This document shows positions 8,643 through 17,308 of a stretch of DNA of 64,000 bases, piece by piece. A program made the translations under genes and the position numbers. How positions within the stretch are numbered: the first letter of the stretch is position 1; each line of letters opens with the position of its first letter. The stretch comes from Candidatus Woykebacteria bacterium (GTDB lineage Bacteria; Patescibacteriota; Microgenomatia; Woykebacterales; RBG-16-39-9b): contig JBBDPM010000001.1 of assembly GCA_040876345.1 (NCBI GenBank), forward strand, positions 270,313 through 334,312. The letters are read 5' to 3'. The notes under the pieces are model-generated. The model saw only the letters and a list, made by a program, of their open reading frames with translations. It ran no database searches and was not told the DNA's origin.

Positions 8643-10534
8643 TGGGTATTTCTGAATTAAACATCGAGGGTGATAAAGTTGCCAAAAAGTCAAAACACAC
8701 TCTTTTGAAAAGATTAGCTATTATTTTTGGTGTTCTTTTTGTTTTAATCTTAGGGGCTGCGTCATATGTGGGACTTTATGTTGTTCCAAACGTAAAAGCC
8801 TTTCAGGTAAGTATCGAAGGTTCCTATGAAAAAGCTAAAAAAATTCAAAAAGCAGCTGAGGCAGAAGACATACCAAAGGTTAAGGAGGAAGCGACCAATC
8901 TAAAAGAGAGTTTGAATGAATTAAAGAATAATTTGGAAAAGTTTAGCTTTGCCCGCTTTGTGCCTATAGCAGGTGGTTACTATAATGATGCAAACCATCT
9001 TTTAGTAGCTGGAGTTGCCGCCGCCGAAGCTGGTGAAATCGCAGCTGATGGTATTTTGCCTTTTTCAGATGTGCTTGGTCTGAAGGGCCACAAAACAAAA
9101 ACTACAGCCAAAGAAAAAACTCAATTTATAGTAAAGAAGGTAGTTCCGTCGTTAGTCCCCTTACTCGGGGAGTTGGAGGGTAAAATAAATGTTATTGATG
9201 AAGAGCTAAACCAAGTAAACCCGGATAGATATCCAGCCTCTTTTAAAATAAAAGAATTTTCAGTTCGGCAAGGTCTAACTGATGCTAAAGGAAATGTCCA
9301 TCACGTAAGAAACTTTTTGCCGGACATAAAGTTAATTGTCAACACTTTGCCATCCATCTTGGGTGAGCCAAAGGAAAAAACTTACCTAGTTCTTTTTCAG
9401 AATGATAAAGAAATTCGAGCCACCGGTGGGTTCATAACCGCTTACGCTGTGGCTAAAGTCAGGGCTGGAGAACTTGTGGACATTGAAAGCGATGATATTT
9501 ACAAACTGGATAGAAAGTTTTCACCGAAAGAAGCACCGCCAGAACCTCTACGAAAATATTTGATATTAAAAATATTTCCTATCAGAGATTCTAATCTTTC
9601 CCCAGATTTCAAAACTTCCGCTGAGAAGTTCGAAAGCTTTTACAAGACAATTCCCGCTGTCTCCAAAGTTGACGGTATACTTGCCCTGGATACAGAATTT
9701 GTTAGAGCCTTTATGGAGATAACTGGCCCAATTAAGGTTGAAAAGCTTGGAGATACATTCTCAGCCAAGAATAATGAGTATGGTATATCGGATGTGGTGT
9801 ACAAACTTGAGCTTTACGCCGAAACGGTATTTAAGGGAAGTTCCGAGCGAAAAAGTTTTATTGGAGATCTGATGGACGCTCTTATCGACAAGGTTTTGAA
9901 TGCCAAGCCTGAGCAATTTGAGCCGTTGTTTAACACATTTTTGGAACAAGCCAATGAAAAGCACATCCTCTTTTATTTCCACGACGAGAGTGCTCAGAAA
10001 ATAGTGGAAAAGTTTAATTTTGCTGGGAGAATTAAAGACTACGACGGAGATTACTTACATGTAAACAATTCTAATTTTGCAGGGCTCAAGGCTAACCTAT
10101 TCATAACCCAGACTATCGAGCAGGATATTATTACGTCTTCGGATGGGACGATAACAAAGAAAGTTAAGGTGACCCTTAACAACCCAAATAATAAGTTGCT
10201 TGGTTGGTTGAATTCTTACTATCGAAATTGGATGAGGGTTTATGTCCCTAAGAATAGCAAACTAATAAATAAAGAAGTTCAGACTGATTTCAAGGAAAGT
10301 GCAGATTTGGATAAGAAGGTTTTTGAAGGTTTTACCGTTACGCCACCACTGGGAAACTCCGTAACGATCTTTACTTACGAGCTTCCTTTTAAAATAAAGC
10401 CGGGTGATGAGTACAAAATGCTCCTTCAAAGACAACCTGGAATGGACGCTACGAAGATGATTATTCGCCTGAATGGTAAAGAGGTAGAAAAATTTAACCT
10501 TTTGAACGATAAAGAGATAAAAATTAAGTTGTAA
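8642..10534 (+). CDS. DUF4012-like membrane-anchored protein of polysaccharide loci
   Basis: 630 aa, N-terminal TM, large extracytoplasmic domain, translationally coupled (TAATG) to the sugar transferase; family assignment from memory, moderate. Confidence 0.4.
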   Translation: MGISELNIEGDKVAKKSKHTLLKRLAIIFGVLFVLILGAASYVGLYVVPNVKAFQVSIEGSYEKAKKIQKAAEAEDIPKVKEEATNLKESLNELKNNLEKFSFARFVPIAGGYYNDANHLLVAGVAAAEAGEIAADGILPFSDVLGLKGHKTKTTAKEKTQFIVKKVVPSLVPLLGELEGKINVIDEELNQVNPDRYPASFKIKEFSVRQGLTDAKGNVHHVRNFLPDIKLIVNTLPSILGEPKEKTYLVLFQNDKEIRATGGFITAYAVAKVRAGELVDIESDDIYKLDRKFSPKEAPPEPLRKYLILKIFPIRDSNLSPDFKTSAEKFESFYKTIPAVSKVDGILALDTEFVRAFMEITGPIKVEKLGDTFSAKNNEYGISDVVYKLELYAETVFKGSSERKSFIGDLMDALIDKVLNAKPEQFEPLFNTFLEQANEKHILFYFHDESAQKIVEKFNFAGRIKDYDGDYLHVNNSNFAGLKANLFITQTIEQDIITSSDGTITKKVKVTLNNPNNKLLGWLNSYYRNWMRVYVPKNSKLINKEVQTDFKESADLDKKVFEGFTVTPPLGNSVTIFTYELPFKIKPGDEYKMLLQRQPGMDATKMIIRLNGKEVEKFNLLNDKEIKIKL

Positions 10535-10587
10535 GTCGCTTCGTGCTTTGAGTCTGTGAGACTAACGATTATTCGTAACCAAATAAG

Positions 10588-11340
10588 ATGCATACTTTCT
10601 CGACCGAGGGGATTATCTTAAAAAGGATTGATTTTGGTGAAGCAGATAGATTAGTTACTGTTTTTACAAAAAACAAAGGTAAAATTACAAGCTTAGCCAA
10701 AGGAATTCGCAGGATTGAGTCAAGGAGATCCGGTAATGTGGATCTTCTGAATAGAGTGAAACTTTTTTTTGCCCAGAGTAAGGGCTTGCCGATTCTAACT
10801 GAAGCTGAAGCTGTCGATACCTATAAAAACCTAAAAAAAGATTTAGGAAGGGTTGGGCAAGCTTATTATTTAATTGAGTTAACAGATCAATTTTTTCATG
10901 ATCAACAGGAAAATTTTAGAGTTTACGATTTGCTATCCGAGTCGTTGAGCTTGTTAGATAGGGGAGAAAGGGTTGAGAGTATAATTCGCGCGTTTGAGCT
11001 TAAGATTCTTTCTCTGGCTGGCTACAAGCCACAGCTTTTTAGTTGTCCCAAGTGTCGTGTAAGGATTTCTCAAACAGAAAATTTTCTCAGTCCCGAGGCA
11101 GGTGGAGTTTTGGATAAATCTTGTGCTAATGGGTCGGCTATTGTGAAGTCAATATCACCGCAGATAATTAAGCTAATGCGTTTTTCGAATGATAGGCCGT
11201 TGGAGGAGTCTTTAAGAGTGAGTGTGCCGGGCAGCTTGATGGGCGATTTTAAGGCTCATATGAGGTTTTATTTGGAGTATATTTTGGAGAAACAGCTTTC
11301 CTCGACTAATTTTGCGGAGAAAATAAATGGGTTGGGGTAG
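10588..11340 (+). CDS. recO: DNA repair protein RecO
   Basis: N-terminal OB-fold motif EGIILKRIDFGEADRLVTVFTKNKGKI, C-terminal CxxC zinc motif (SCPKCRVRIS). Confidence 0.8.
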   Translation: MHTFSTEGIILKRIDFGEADRLVTVFTKNKGKITSLAKGIRRIESRRSGNVDLLNRVKLFFAQSKGLPILTEAEAVDTYKNLKKDLGRVGQAYYLIELTDQFFHDQQENFRVYDLLSESLSLLDRGERVESIIRAFELKILSLAGYKPQLFSCPKCRVRISQTENFLSPEAGGVLDKSCANGSAIVKSISPQIIKLMRFSNDRPLEESLRVSVPGSLMGDFKAHMRFYLEYILEKQLSSTNFAEKINGLG

Positions 11341-11427
11341 CAGCAGGCCGCTTGTGTTTATTGACGAGCCTGCTGCTTTCGACCCCACCTCCTTTCCAGC
11401 GCCCGCTTGCTTAAGACTGGGGCTTGT

Positions 11428-11598
11428 TTAGCCCAGCTGGACGGGTTTTTTACCACCAAGTTCCTCGCGGAGGATCTCTAGTTCCTCCGGGGCTTCGATG
11501 CCGAGCTTAACTCGACGTTTGCCGATCGAGAGTACCTTGATGAAGATGCGCCCGTCGATCCAGAACCCTTCTTGGAGTTTTCGATCCAGCACGATCAT
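11428..11598 (-). CDS. csrA: carbon storage regulator CsrA-like RNA-binding protein (56 aa)
   Basis: Not in ORF track (short). Translation MIVLDRKLQEGFWIDGRIFIKVLSIGKRRVKLGIEAPEELEILREELGGKKPVQLG matches CsrA fold pattern (MLxLxRKxxExxxIxxxIxIxVLxIxGxxVxLGIxAPxExxIxRxEL); GGAGG SD 6 nt upstream; GC clearly higher than flanks. Confidence 0.7.
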   Translation of the reverse strand: MIVLDRKLQEGFWIDGRIFIKVLSIGKRRVKLGIEAPEELEILREELGGKKPVQLG

Positions 11599-11625
11599 GT
11601 TAGGCCTCCCTCTCCTCAGTTATTT

Positions 11626-11685
11626 ACGGCTATCCTGGCCGTATTCAGGGATGTGTATTCTATACTAAACTAGCCTAGATTGCAA
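11626..11685 (-). promoter_or_regulatory. csrA promoter (TTGCAA-17-TAGAAT) and leader hairpin with GGA in loop
   Basis: minus-strand -35 TTGCAA (11680-11685), -10 TAGAAT (11657-11662), leader hairpin ACGGC-CAGGAUA-GCCGU (11626-11642) and GGA-containing SD: resembles CsrA autoregulatory sites. Confidence 0.4.
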
Positions 11686-11715
11686 ATGCACCAAACAAGC
11701 AGTATACTTTTGCAT

Positions 11716-13026
11716 ATGAAAAATGAGGAATTGATGGAAAAAATCGTCTCTCTTGCCAAGAGGCGAGGCTTCGTTTTCCCTGGAAGTGAGGTTTATGGCG
11801 GGCTTGGTGGAATTTATGACCTTGGTCCTCTGGGAGTGGAACTAGCAAATAATATTAAGCGGTTTTGGTGGAAGACTGTTGTGCAGGATAGAGAAGATGT
11901 AGTTGGATTGGACAGCGCAATTTTGATGAATAGTGAGGTTTGGCGTACTTCCGGCCATGTAAAAAGCTTTAGTGATCCTTTGGTTGAGTGTAAAAATTGC
12001 CACAACCGCTTTCGCGAAGACACGTTGCCAGAATCTAAAAACTGCCCAAATTGTGAAAAGAACGCTTGGACTGACACGAGAATGTTTAATTTAATGTTTA
12101 AAACTCACATTGGTCCTGTTCAAGATGTAGGTTCCGAAACCTATCTTCGGCCAGAAACTGCTCAGGGGATTTTTGTAAATTTTGGAAATGTTATCGATAC
12201 CATGCGGGTAAAACTTCCATTTGGGATAGCTCAAATTGGTAAGGGTTTTAGGAACGAAATAACTACCGGTAATTTTCTTTTTAGAGTTCGTGAGTTTGAA
12301 ATGATGGAGCTTGAGTACTTTACTTATCCGGAAAAAGCAGAGAAAGATTTCGAATACTGGCAAGAGCAAAGAATGAAATGGCACGAGAGCCTAGGTGTAA
12401 CGAAAAAGAATTTGAGGTTTAGAGAACACGCCAATACAGAAAGAGCGCATTATGCCGCTCGTTCAGTCGACATCGAATACAACTGGCCATTCATGGGTTG
12501 GGGAGAGCTTGAGGGAATTGCTAATAGGACAGACTTTGACCTGAAAGCCCATTCAGAGGCTTCTGGCAAGGATTTATCTTACTTTGATGAAGAGACCAAG
12601 AAGAAAATAGTCCCATACGTTATCGAGCCGTCAGTTGGTGTAGGACGCTCAATGCTTGCGGTTTTGGTCGACTCGTATTTTGAAGATGGAGATCGAGTAG
12701 TGCTTAAATTAAAACCACACCTTGCTCCAGTGAAAGTGGCTGTTTTTCCACTTCTTGCCAACAAACCAGAACTCGTCAAGTTAGCTAAAAAAGTTTACTC
12801 AGAACTCAAAATTCATAACTTTGGCCTAGTCGTTTGGGATGATAGGGGAAATATCGGTAAGCGCTACTACGCTCAAGATGAAATTGGTACACCCTATTGT
12901 ATAACTGTTGATTTTCAATCGTTGGAAGATACTACTGTGACAATTCGCGATCGAGATACTACTAAACAGAAGAGGGTCAAAATTAAAGACTTGGAAAAAG
13001 AGTTGAAAGAAAAGTTCCCTTTCTAG
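11716..13026 (+). CDS. glyS: glycine--tRNA ligase, dimeric (alpha2, eukaryote/archaeal/Thermus type)
   Basis: EKIVSLAKRRGFVFPGSEVYGGLGGIYDLGPLGVELANNIK... near-colinear with Thermus-type GlyRS; class II motifs FRNEI, RVREFEMMELEYF; start set at ATG 11716 (ORF track 11680). Confidence 0.9.
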   Translation: MKNEELMEKIVSLAKRRGFVFPGSEVYGGLGGIYDLGPLGVELANNIKRFWWKTVVQDREDVVGLDSAILMNSEVWRTSGHVKSFSDPLVECKNCHNRFREDTLPESKNCPNCEKNAWTDTRMFNLMFKTHIGPVQDVGSETYLRPETAQGIFVNFGNVIDTMRVKLPFGIAQIGKGFRNEITTGNFLFRVREFEMMELEYFTYPEKAEKDFEYWQEQRMKWHESLGVTKKNLRFREHANTERAHYAARSVDIEYNWPFMGWGELEGIANRTDFDLKAHSEASGKDLSYFDEETKKKIVPYVIEPSVGVGRSMLAVLVDSYFEDGDRVVLKLKPHLAPVKVAVFPLLANKPELVKLAKKVYSELKIHNFGLVVWDDRGNIGKRYYAQDEIGTPYCITVDFQSLEDTTVTIRDRDTTKQKRVKIKDLEKELKEKFPF

Positions 13027-13781
13027 GGAAGATCGCGGGGTTGTGAGCCATCGTAGCTGACTTCGTCTTCTTCGAGGCGGCGCACTGGTTTTTCCCTGGT
13101 TTTTTCCTCATGAACGTGAGCCACTAGACCTGCGATTCTACTGATTATGAAAAAACCGTTGCCCAGCTCTGGCGCAAAGCCAAGTTCACTCATTACCGCT
13201 GCAGTTATCCCATCGATATTTAAGCAGAGCTTCTTGCCAACTGCTTTTTCCAGCTCTTTTTCGATTTCCAAGGCAATTTCTATATGTGGGCCTTTGAAAT
13301 CTTGTTCCCCAGCTACTTTCAAGATTGCTTGGGTTCTTGGATCTGTTTCGTAAATTTTGTGCCCATAACCTGGTATGCGCTCACTTTTAAAACGTGCTTT
13401 CTCGACTATATCAGAGGATTTTGAGCTTTTTTTCACTGCGTCTTGAAGAATTTTCGCGCAAGACTCAATTGCACCACCGTGGCTTTCTCCAATCGCTGCT
13501 ACACCATTTGCCACGGCAGTTGATAGAGGAACACCACATGAAGCTGTGATTCGCGCAACCGTAGTTGAAGGGGCCTCTACTCCATGGTCGATAGAAGCTA
13601 CCAAAATAGCATTCAACATCAACTCTTCTTTTTCATTTGGAAGTTCTCCCTTGAGAACAAGAAAAATCGCCTGCGTGAAGCTTACTTTTTTGAGCATTTC
13701 GGTCAATTTGTACCCCCGAATGTGAGGTACTCCGTTAAAGTGCCCAGTTATTCCGCTTTTCCACTTCTTTTCTTCAGCCAT
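13023..13781 (-). CDS. citrate-synthase-like small-domain protein (citryl-CoA lyase-like)
   Basis: 252 aa; citrate synthase family signatures ESHGGAIE, IPGYGHKIY...DPR, C-terminal catalytic Asp region; size and content match the stand-alone citryl-CoA lyase/ACL C-terminal domain. Confidence 0.55.
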   Translation of the reverse strand: MAEEKKWKSGITGHFNGVPHIRGYKLTEMLKKVSFTQAIFLVLKGELPNEKEELMLNAILVASIDHGVEAPSTTVARITASCGVPLSTAVANGVAAIGESHGGAIESCAKILQDAVKKSSKSSDIVEKARFKSERIPGYGHKIYETDPRTQAILKVAGEQDFKGPHIEIALEIEKELEKAVGKKLCLNIDGITAAVMSELGFAPELGNGFFIISRIAGLVAHVHEEKTREKPVRRLEEDEVSYDGSQPRDLP

Positions 13782-13789
13782 AGGATTTA

Positions 13790-14686
13790 CTATTTTAACA
13801 TCTTTTTAAGTAATTTTGGTAAGTCGTCGGGTATTTCGGCAATAGCGACTCCGGCGCTTTCAAGCGCTTTTAATTTGTCGACTCTGTGGCCCATACCAGC
13901 TTCAATTATAGCACCTGCGTGTCCAAGAGCTTGGCCGTGGGGGAGCATTTCAGCAAAAAGTCCGGAGATAAAAGCGGCAACCGGTTTGGTAAATTTCTTG
14001 GATTTAATGAATTCGGCTGCTTCTTCTTCGTAAGTTCCCCCATGCTCGCCAAAAAGCACAACCCCCTTGGTTTCTGGATCTTTCTCAAAAAGTTCAAGTA
14101 AATCGACAAAAGTAGATCCAACAATCATATCTCCGCCTATTCCGGTGACTGTCGATTGCCCAAACCCTTCTTTTTTTAAAATATATGAAACTTCACTTGC
14201 CATCCCACCACTTTTGGAAATTACTCCAACATTACCTGGGGTAAAAGAAAAATTAGGATCGTCTCCACCAATACTTCCAAGTTTCACTTTTCCCGGTGAA
14301 ATAATACCAATGGAAGAAGGACCAACGACCCGAACACCTTTTTCCTTTGCGTAGGCAACTGCATATGCAGTATCTGATATTGGCATATGTTCAGTGAGGA
14401 CGTTAACCAAGGAGATTTTGTGAGCGGCTGCTTCCAATACGGCATCTTTGGCACCCATTTTTGGTACAGCGATGAAGGAGGTGTTTATCTTGGGAAATTT
14501 ATTCAAGGCTTCTTCCACAGTGTCAAAAACAGGGACAGTTTCAACTTTCTGACCGCCTTTTCCGGGAGTTACTCCAGCAAGCACGGCTGTGCTATAAGCA
14601 ACCATCTGCTTGATTGCTCGTTGGCCCTCTTTCCCAGTTGCCCCTTGAACTAAGACTTTTGTGTTTTTATCGATCAAAATAGACAT
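13790..14686 (-). CDS. sucD: succinyl-CoA synthetase alpha-subunit-like (CoA-binding, phosphohistidine GHAGA)
   Basis: KVLVQGATGKEG, GHAGAII catalytic His loop; 298 aa. Confidence 0.8.
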   Translation of the reverse strand: MSILIDKNTKVLVQGATGKEGQRAIKQMVAYSTAVLAGVTPGKGGQKVETVPVFDTVEEALNKFPKINTSFIAVPKMGAKDAVLEAAAHKISLVNVLTEHMPISDTAYAVAYAKEKGVRVVGPSSIGIISPGKVKLGSIGGDDPNFSFTPGNVGVISKSGGMASEVSYILKKEGFGQSTVTGIGGDMIVGSTFVDLLELFEKDPETKGVVLFGEHGGTYEEEAAEFIKSKKFTKPVAAFISGLFAEMLPHGQALGHAGAIIEAGMGHRVDKLKALESAGVAIAEIPDDLPKLLKKMLK

Positions 14687-14688
14687 AT

Positions 14689-15132
14689 CTAAACTAAATT
14701 TACAACTTCAGATACTTTATTGATTTTATGATTTGGTTTTTCATCTGATTTTTCCGGCAGCTCTTTTAGTCTAGGGCCAAATAAAAATTGACAAGTCTCC
14801 ATACCTTTTTGGTTACCAATCTTTATCTCACTTCTTACCCTATCTCCCACAACCAAAAATTCTTGTGGTTCAAATCCAAATTTTTCTATTATTGGGTCAA
14901 ACTCCTTCGTTCCTTCAAGCGGCATCACTTCTATGTAGTCAAAATATGTGTTTAAACCAAGATTACTTATTTGTTCTAGTCTTTTTTGCACGTCTTTTGT
15001 GCGACTTACCAAAGCTAATTTCAAACCCTTTTCATGTACTTCTTCTAAGGCTTCAATCGCCCCGTCTACAAGTTTTTCGTTTTCCGGATCATAAATTGTG
15101 TAGCCAAAATCGAAGATAATAGCTTTTATCAT
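14689..15132 (-). CDS. HAD-superfamily hydrolase (short)
   Basis: IIFDFGYTIYD (DxD motif I), ...VSRTK..., ...VGDRVRSE motif IV. Confidence 0.55.
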   Translation of the reverse strand: MIKAIIFDFGYTIYDPENEKLVDGAIEALEEVHEKGLKLALVSRTKDVQKRLEQISNLGLNTYFDYIEVMPLEGTKEFDPIIEKFGFEPQEFLVVGDRVRSEIKIGNQKGMETCQFLFGPRLKELPEKSDEKPNHKINKVSEVVNLV

Positions 15133-16343
15133 CTGCCCTCTTTACGTTTGTGTTCATTAACTAGATCAACCAAAACTTTGGCTGTGCTGGTCATTGGTGT
15201 TTCTGGGCCAAAGATGTGAAAGTTAAATCCTTCTTTCTTACCTACCTCTTTGAGCATCTCAAATGCTTCTTCGAAGCGCGGACCACCGCGGCGGATTACG
15301 ATTGGGTAAGAGGGTTTTGGTTTGATTGACCGCAAAGCATCAACAAAGCCAGCCAAAGTTTCGTAAATATCGGTAAAATTAGCGGTTGCCCCAACAAACC
15401 AAGCACCATTTAAGCCTTTTTTAGAAAGAATTAGTTTAGAAAGTTTTTCAAGTTTTTCTCTTGGAGGGTTTCCAGAATGTTCAGTGTAATTTGCTGGCTT
15501 TCCGCCAAGAGCAATCAAAGCGTCCATATTCACTAATGATCCACCACCACCGGCTGCAATTACTGCTATATCACCATCAAGCTCAATATAAGTAGAACCA
15601 GCACTTCCCCGGTGATCATTAGCGTCAATTTCTTTTGCCGCAAGTTCTGCTTCTGTTGGTTTGCGACCAAGTACATCTCGCGGTGGAAAATCAAGGTCAG
15701 TGTGGCGGAAATCGGCTTCATCATCCAAGATGACTTTAGCATCAGCAGCGTAAAATTCTTCATCTTCAGTTTCAATCAAAGGGTTTATCTCAACAAGCCT
15801 AGCATCATACTTGTTAAAGACCTCCCACATACTGAGCAAGATCTTAGTTAAAGAGAGGAAATGAATTCCTGAAAAACCTGCCTCAGAAAGTATCTCTCGT
15901 GCTTGCCAAGGTTGCAAACCCTCAGTTGGATTAACAGCAATTTTTTGGATAGATTCTTTATCCCTGGCTAATTCTTCGATTTCTACACCACCTTTTTTTG
16001 AAACTAAGGCAACGGGGGATTGGGCCGAAGTGTCAAAAGTAATACTTAAGTAGTATTCAGCCGTTTTATCAATTAGATATGGTTCGATTAGAACTTTTTC
16101 TATTTTTTCAGCACCTGTTTCCTTACCAATTAATTCTCTAACTGCGCTTTTAACCTCATCAAGACTTTTGCAAGGTTTAATTAGGCCGGATTTACCCCGA
16201 CTGCCAGATAAAACTTGAGCCTTTACTATTACTGGAAGGTCAAGGTCTTTAATGTCTTCTACAGAAGAAAAAACTTGGCCGTTAGGTACCGGAATTTGGG
16301 AGTTTTTGAAAAGTTTTTTGCCTTCAAATTCATAGAGCCTCAT
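15129..16343 (-). CDS. sucC: succinyl-CoA synthetase beta-subunit-like (ATP-grasp)
   Basis: MRLYEFEGKKLF N-term, ATP-grasp and CoA-ligase C-terminal domain (GGGGS...), 404 aa. Confidence 0.8.
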   Translation of the reverse strand: MRLYEFEGKKLFKNSQIPVPNGQVFSSVEDIKDLDLPVIVKAQVLSGSRGKSGLIKPCKSLDEVKSAVRELIGKETGAEKIEKVLIEPYLIDKTAEYYLSITFDTSAQSPVALVSKKGGVEIEELARDKESIQKIAVNPTEGLQPWQAREILSEAGFSGIHFLSLTKILLSMWEVFNKYDARLVEINPLIETEDEEFYAADAKVILDDEADFRHTDLDFPPRDVLGRKPTEAELAAKEIDANDHRGSAGSTYIELDGDIAVIAAGGGGSLVNMDALIALGGKPANYTEHSGNPPREKLEKLSKLILSKKGLNGAWFVGATANFTDIYETLAGFVDALRSIKPKPSYPIVIRRGGPRFEEAFEMLKEVGKKEGFNFHIFGPETPMTSTAKVLVDLVNEHKRKEGR

Positions 16344-16348
16344 AAAAG

Positions 16349-17014
16349 TTAATTTTTATCTACAATTTCTAGTTGGGGCTTATATTTAACGATTTTGTTG
16401 GCAGGTATATTACCGCGTATTGCGGCAAGTGGGTAAACAAGAGTATTCTTTCCGACAAAGGTGCCTGGATCTGTCACCACATTGCATCCAAGTTTAACAC
16501 CATCTCCGACAATTGCTCCGAATTTTTCCAATCCAGTTCCAACTTTCTTACCTTCGACTTCAACTTTTATCTCTAGGTCGGCGGCGCCATTTTTGTAATT
16601 AGCAAGAACAGCTCCGGCGGCTAAATTAACATCGCTTCCGACGACTGAGTCGCCTGCGTAGTTAAAATGAGATAGATTTGTGCTGTTGCCGACTATTGAG
16701 TGCTTAACCTCGGACCCATGTAAAACCCTGGAGTTTACGCCAATAATTGCCCCGTCTCTTATGAGAACGCCTTGACCAACTTTTGTTCCGTTTCCGATTA
16801 ATGCTGGGCCGATAATCTTTGCACTTGAGTCAATCTTGACATTTTCATCAGCGTAAACACCTTCGGAGATTTCTTTAAATCCCTCTAATCTTTGGCCATT
16901 TTCTTCGACAAATTTTTCGATTTGAGAAAGTGCATCCCAAGGGTGTTCTAGATTTTCGAAAAGACCTTTGAAATAAAGTTTGTCAGTATCAATAAACTCA
17001 GTCAAATTGACCAT
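16349..17014 (-). CDS. left-handed beta-helix (hexapeptide-repeat) acyltransferase-like protein; possible stand-alone GlmU C-terminal domain
   Basis: multiple [LIV]GxxxxI/V hexapeptide repeats (IGNGTKVGQGVLIRDGAIIGVNSRV...). Confidence 0.55.
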   Translation of the reverse strand: MVNLTEFIDTDKLYFKGLFENLEHPWDALSQIEKFVEENGQRLEGFKEISEGVYADENVKIDSSAKIIGPALIGNGTKVGQGVLIRDGAIIGVNSRVLHGSEVKHSIVGNSTNLSHFNYAGDSVVGSDVNLAAGAVLANYKNGAADLEIKVEVEGKKVGTGLEKFGAIVGDGVKLGCNVVTDPGTFVGKNTLVYPLAAIRGNIPANKIVKYKPQLEIVDKN

Positions 17015-17105
17015 AAGAAGCTAGATTATACCTGAAATTGCCCAAACTTAGCAAGTTTAAGACCTGTAGGATCATTTATCAGGGTTCAAAGTGGTTATTT
17101 AAAGC

Positions 17106-17178
17106 TTGACAAAGCCCATCTAAAGCTATACTATATAAATAGTGGTAAAAAAGGGTAAAAAGTGGAGCTAAGTGTAAC
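17106..17178 (+). promoter_or_regulatory. dcw-cluster promoter (TTGACA ... TATACT/TACTAT) followed by four 10-bp-phased GTGG-type direct repeats (candidate MraZ operator)
   Basis: TTGACA 17106-17111; -10 candidates 17127-17134; repeats aGTGGtaaaa/aAGGGtaaaa/aGTGGagcta/aGTGTaacat at 17141-17178. Confidence 0.45.
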
Positions 17179-17308
17179 ATCACTAGGCTCAAACCTTCCA
17201 CAACCGCGTTAAGCGCGATGCATAGCCTGCCTTTCTGGACAGCAGGTTCCTCTTCAACTCACAAAATTATAGTGGGTTTCCTGCCCTAGGAACCGTAAAT
17301 TCAAAGTA

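Noticed and set aside
13147-14653. Plus-strand ORFs 13147-13353, 13584-14033, 13886-14101, 14067-14354, 14387-14653
   Set aside because: Antisense to the well-supported sucD-like and citrate-synthase-like genes. Their compositions are typical of shadow frames.
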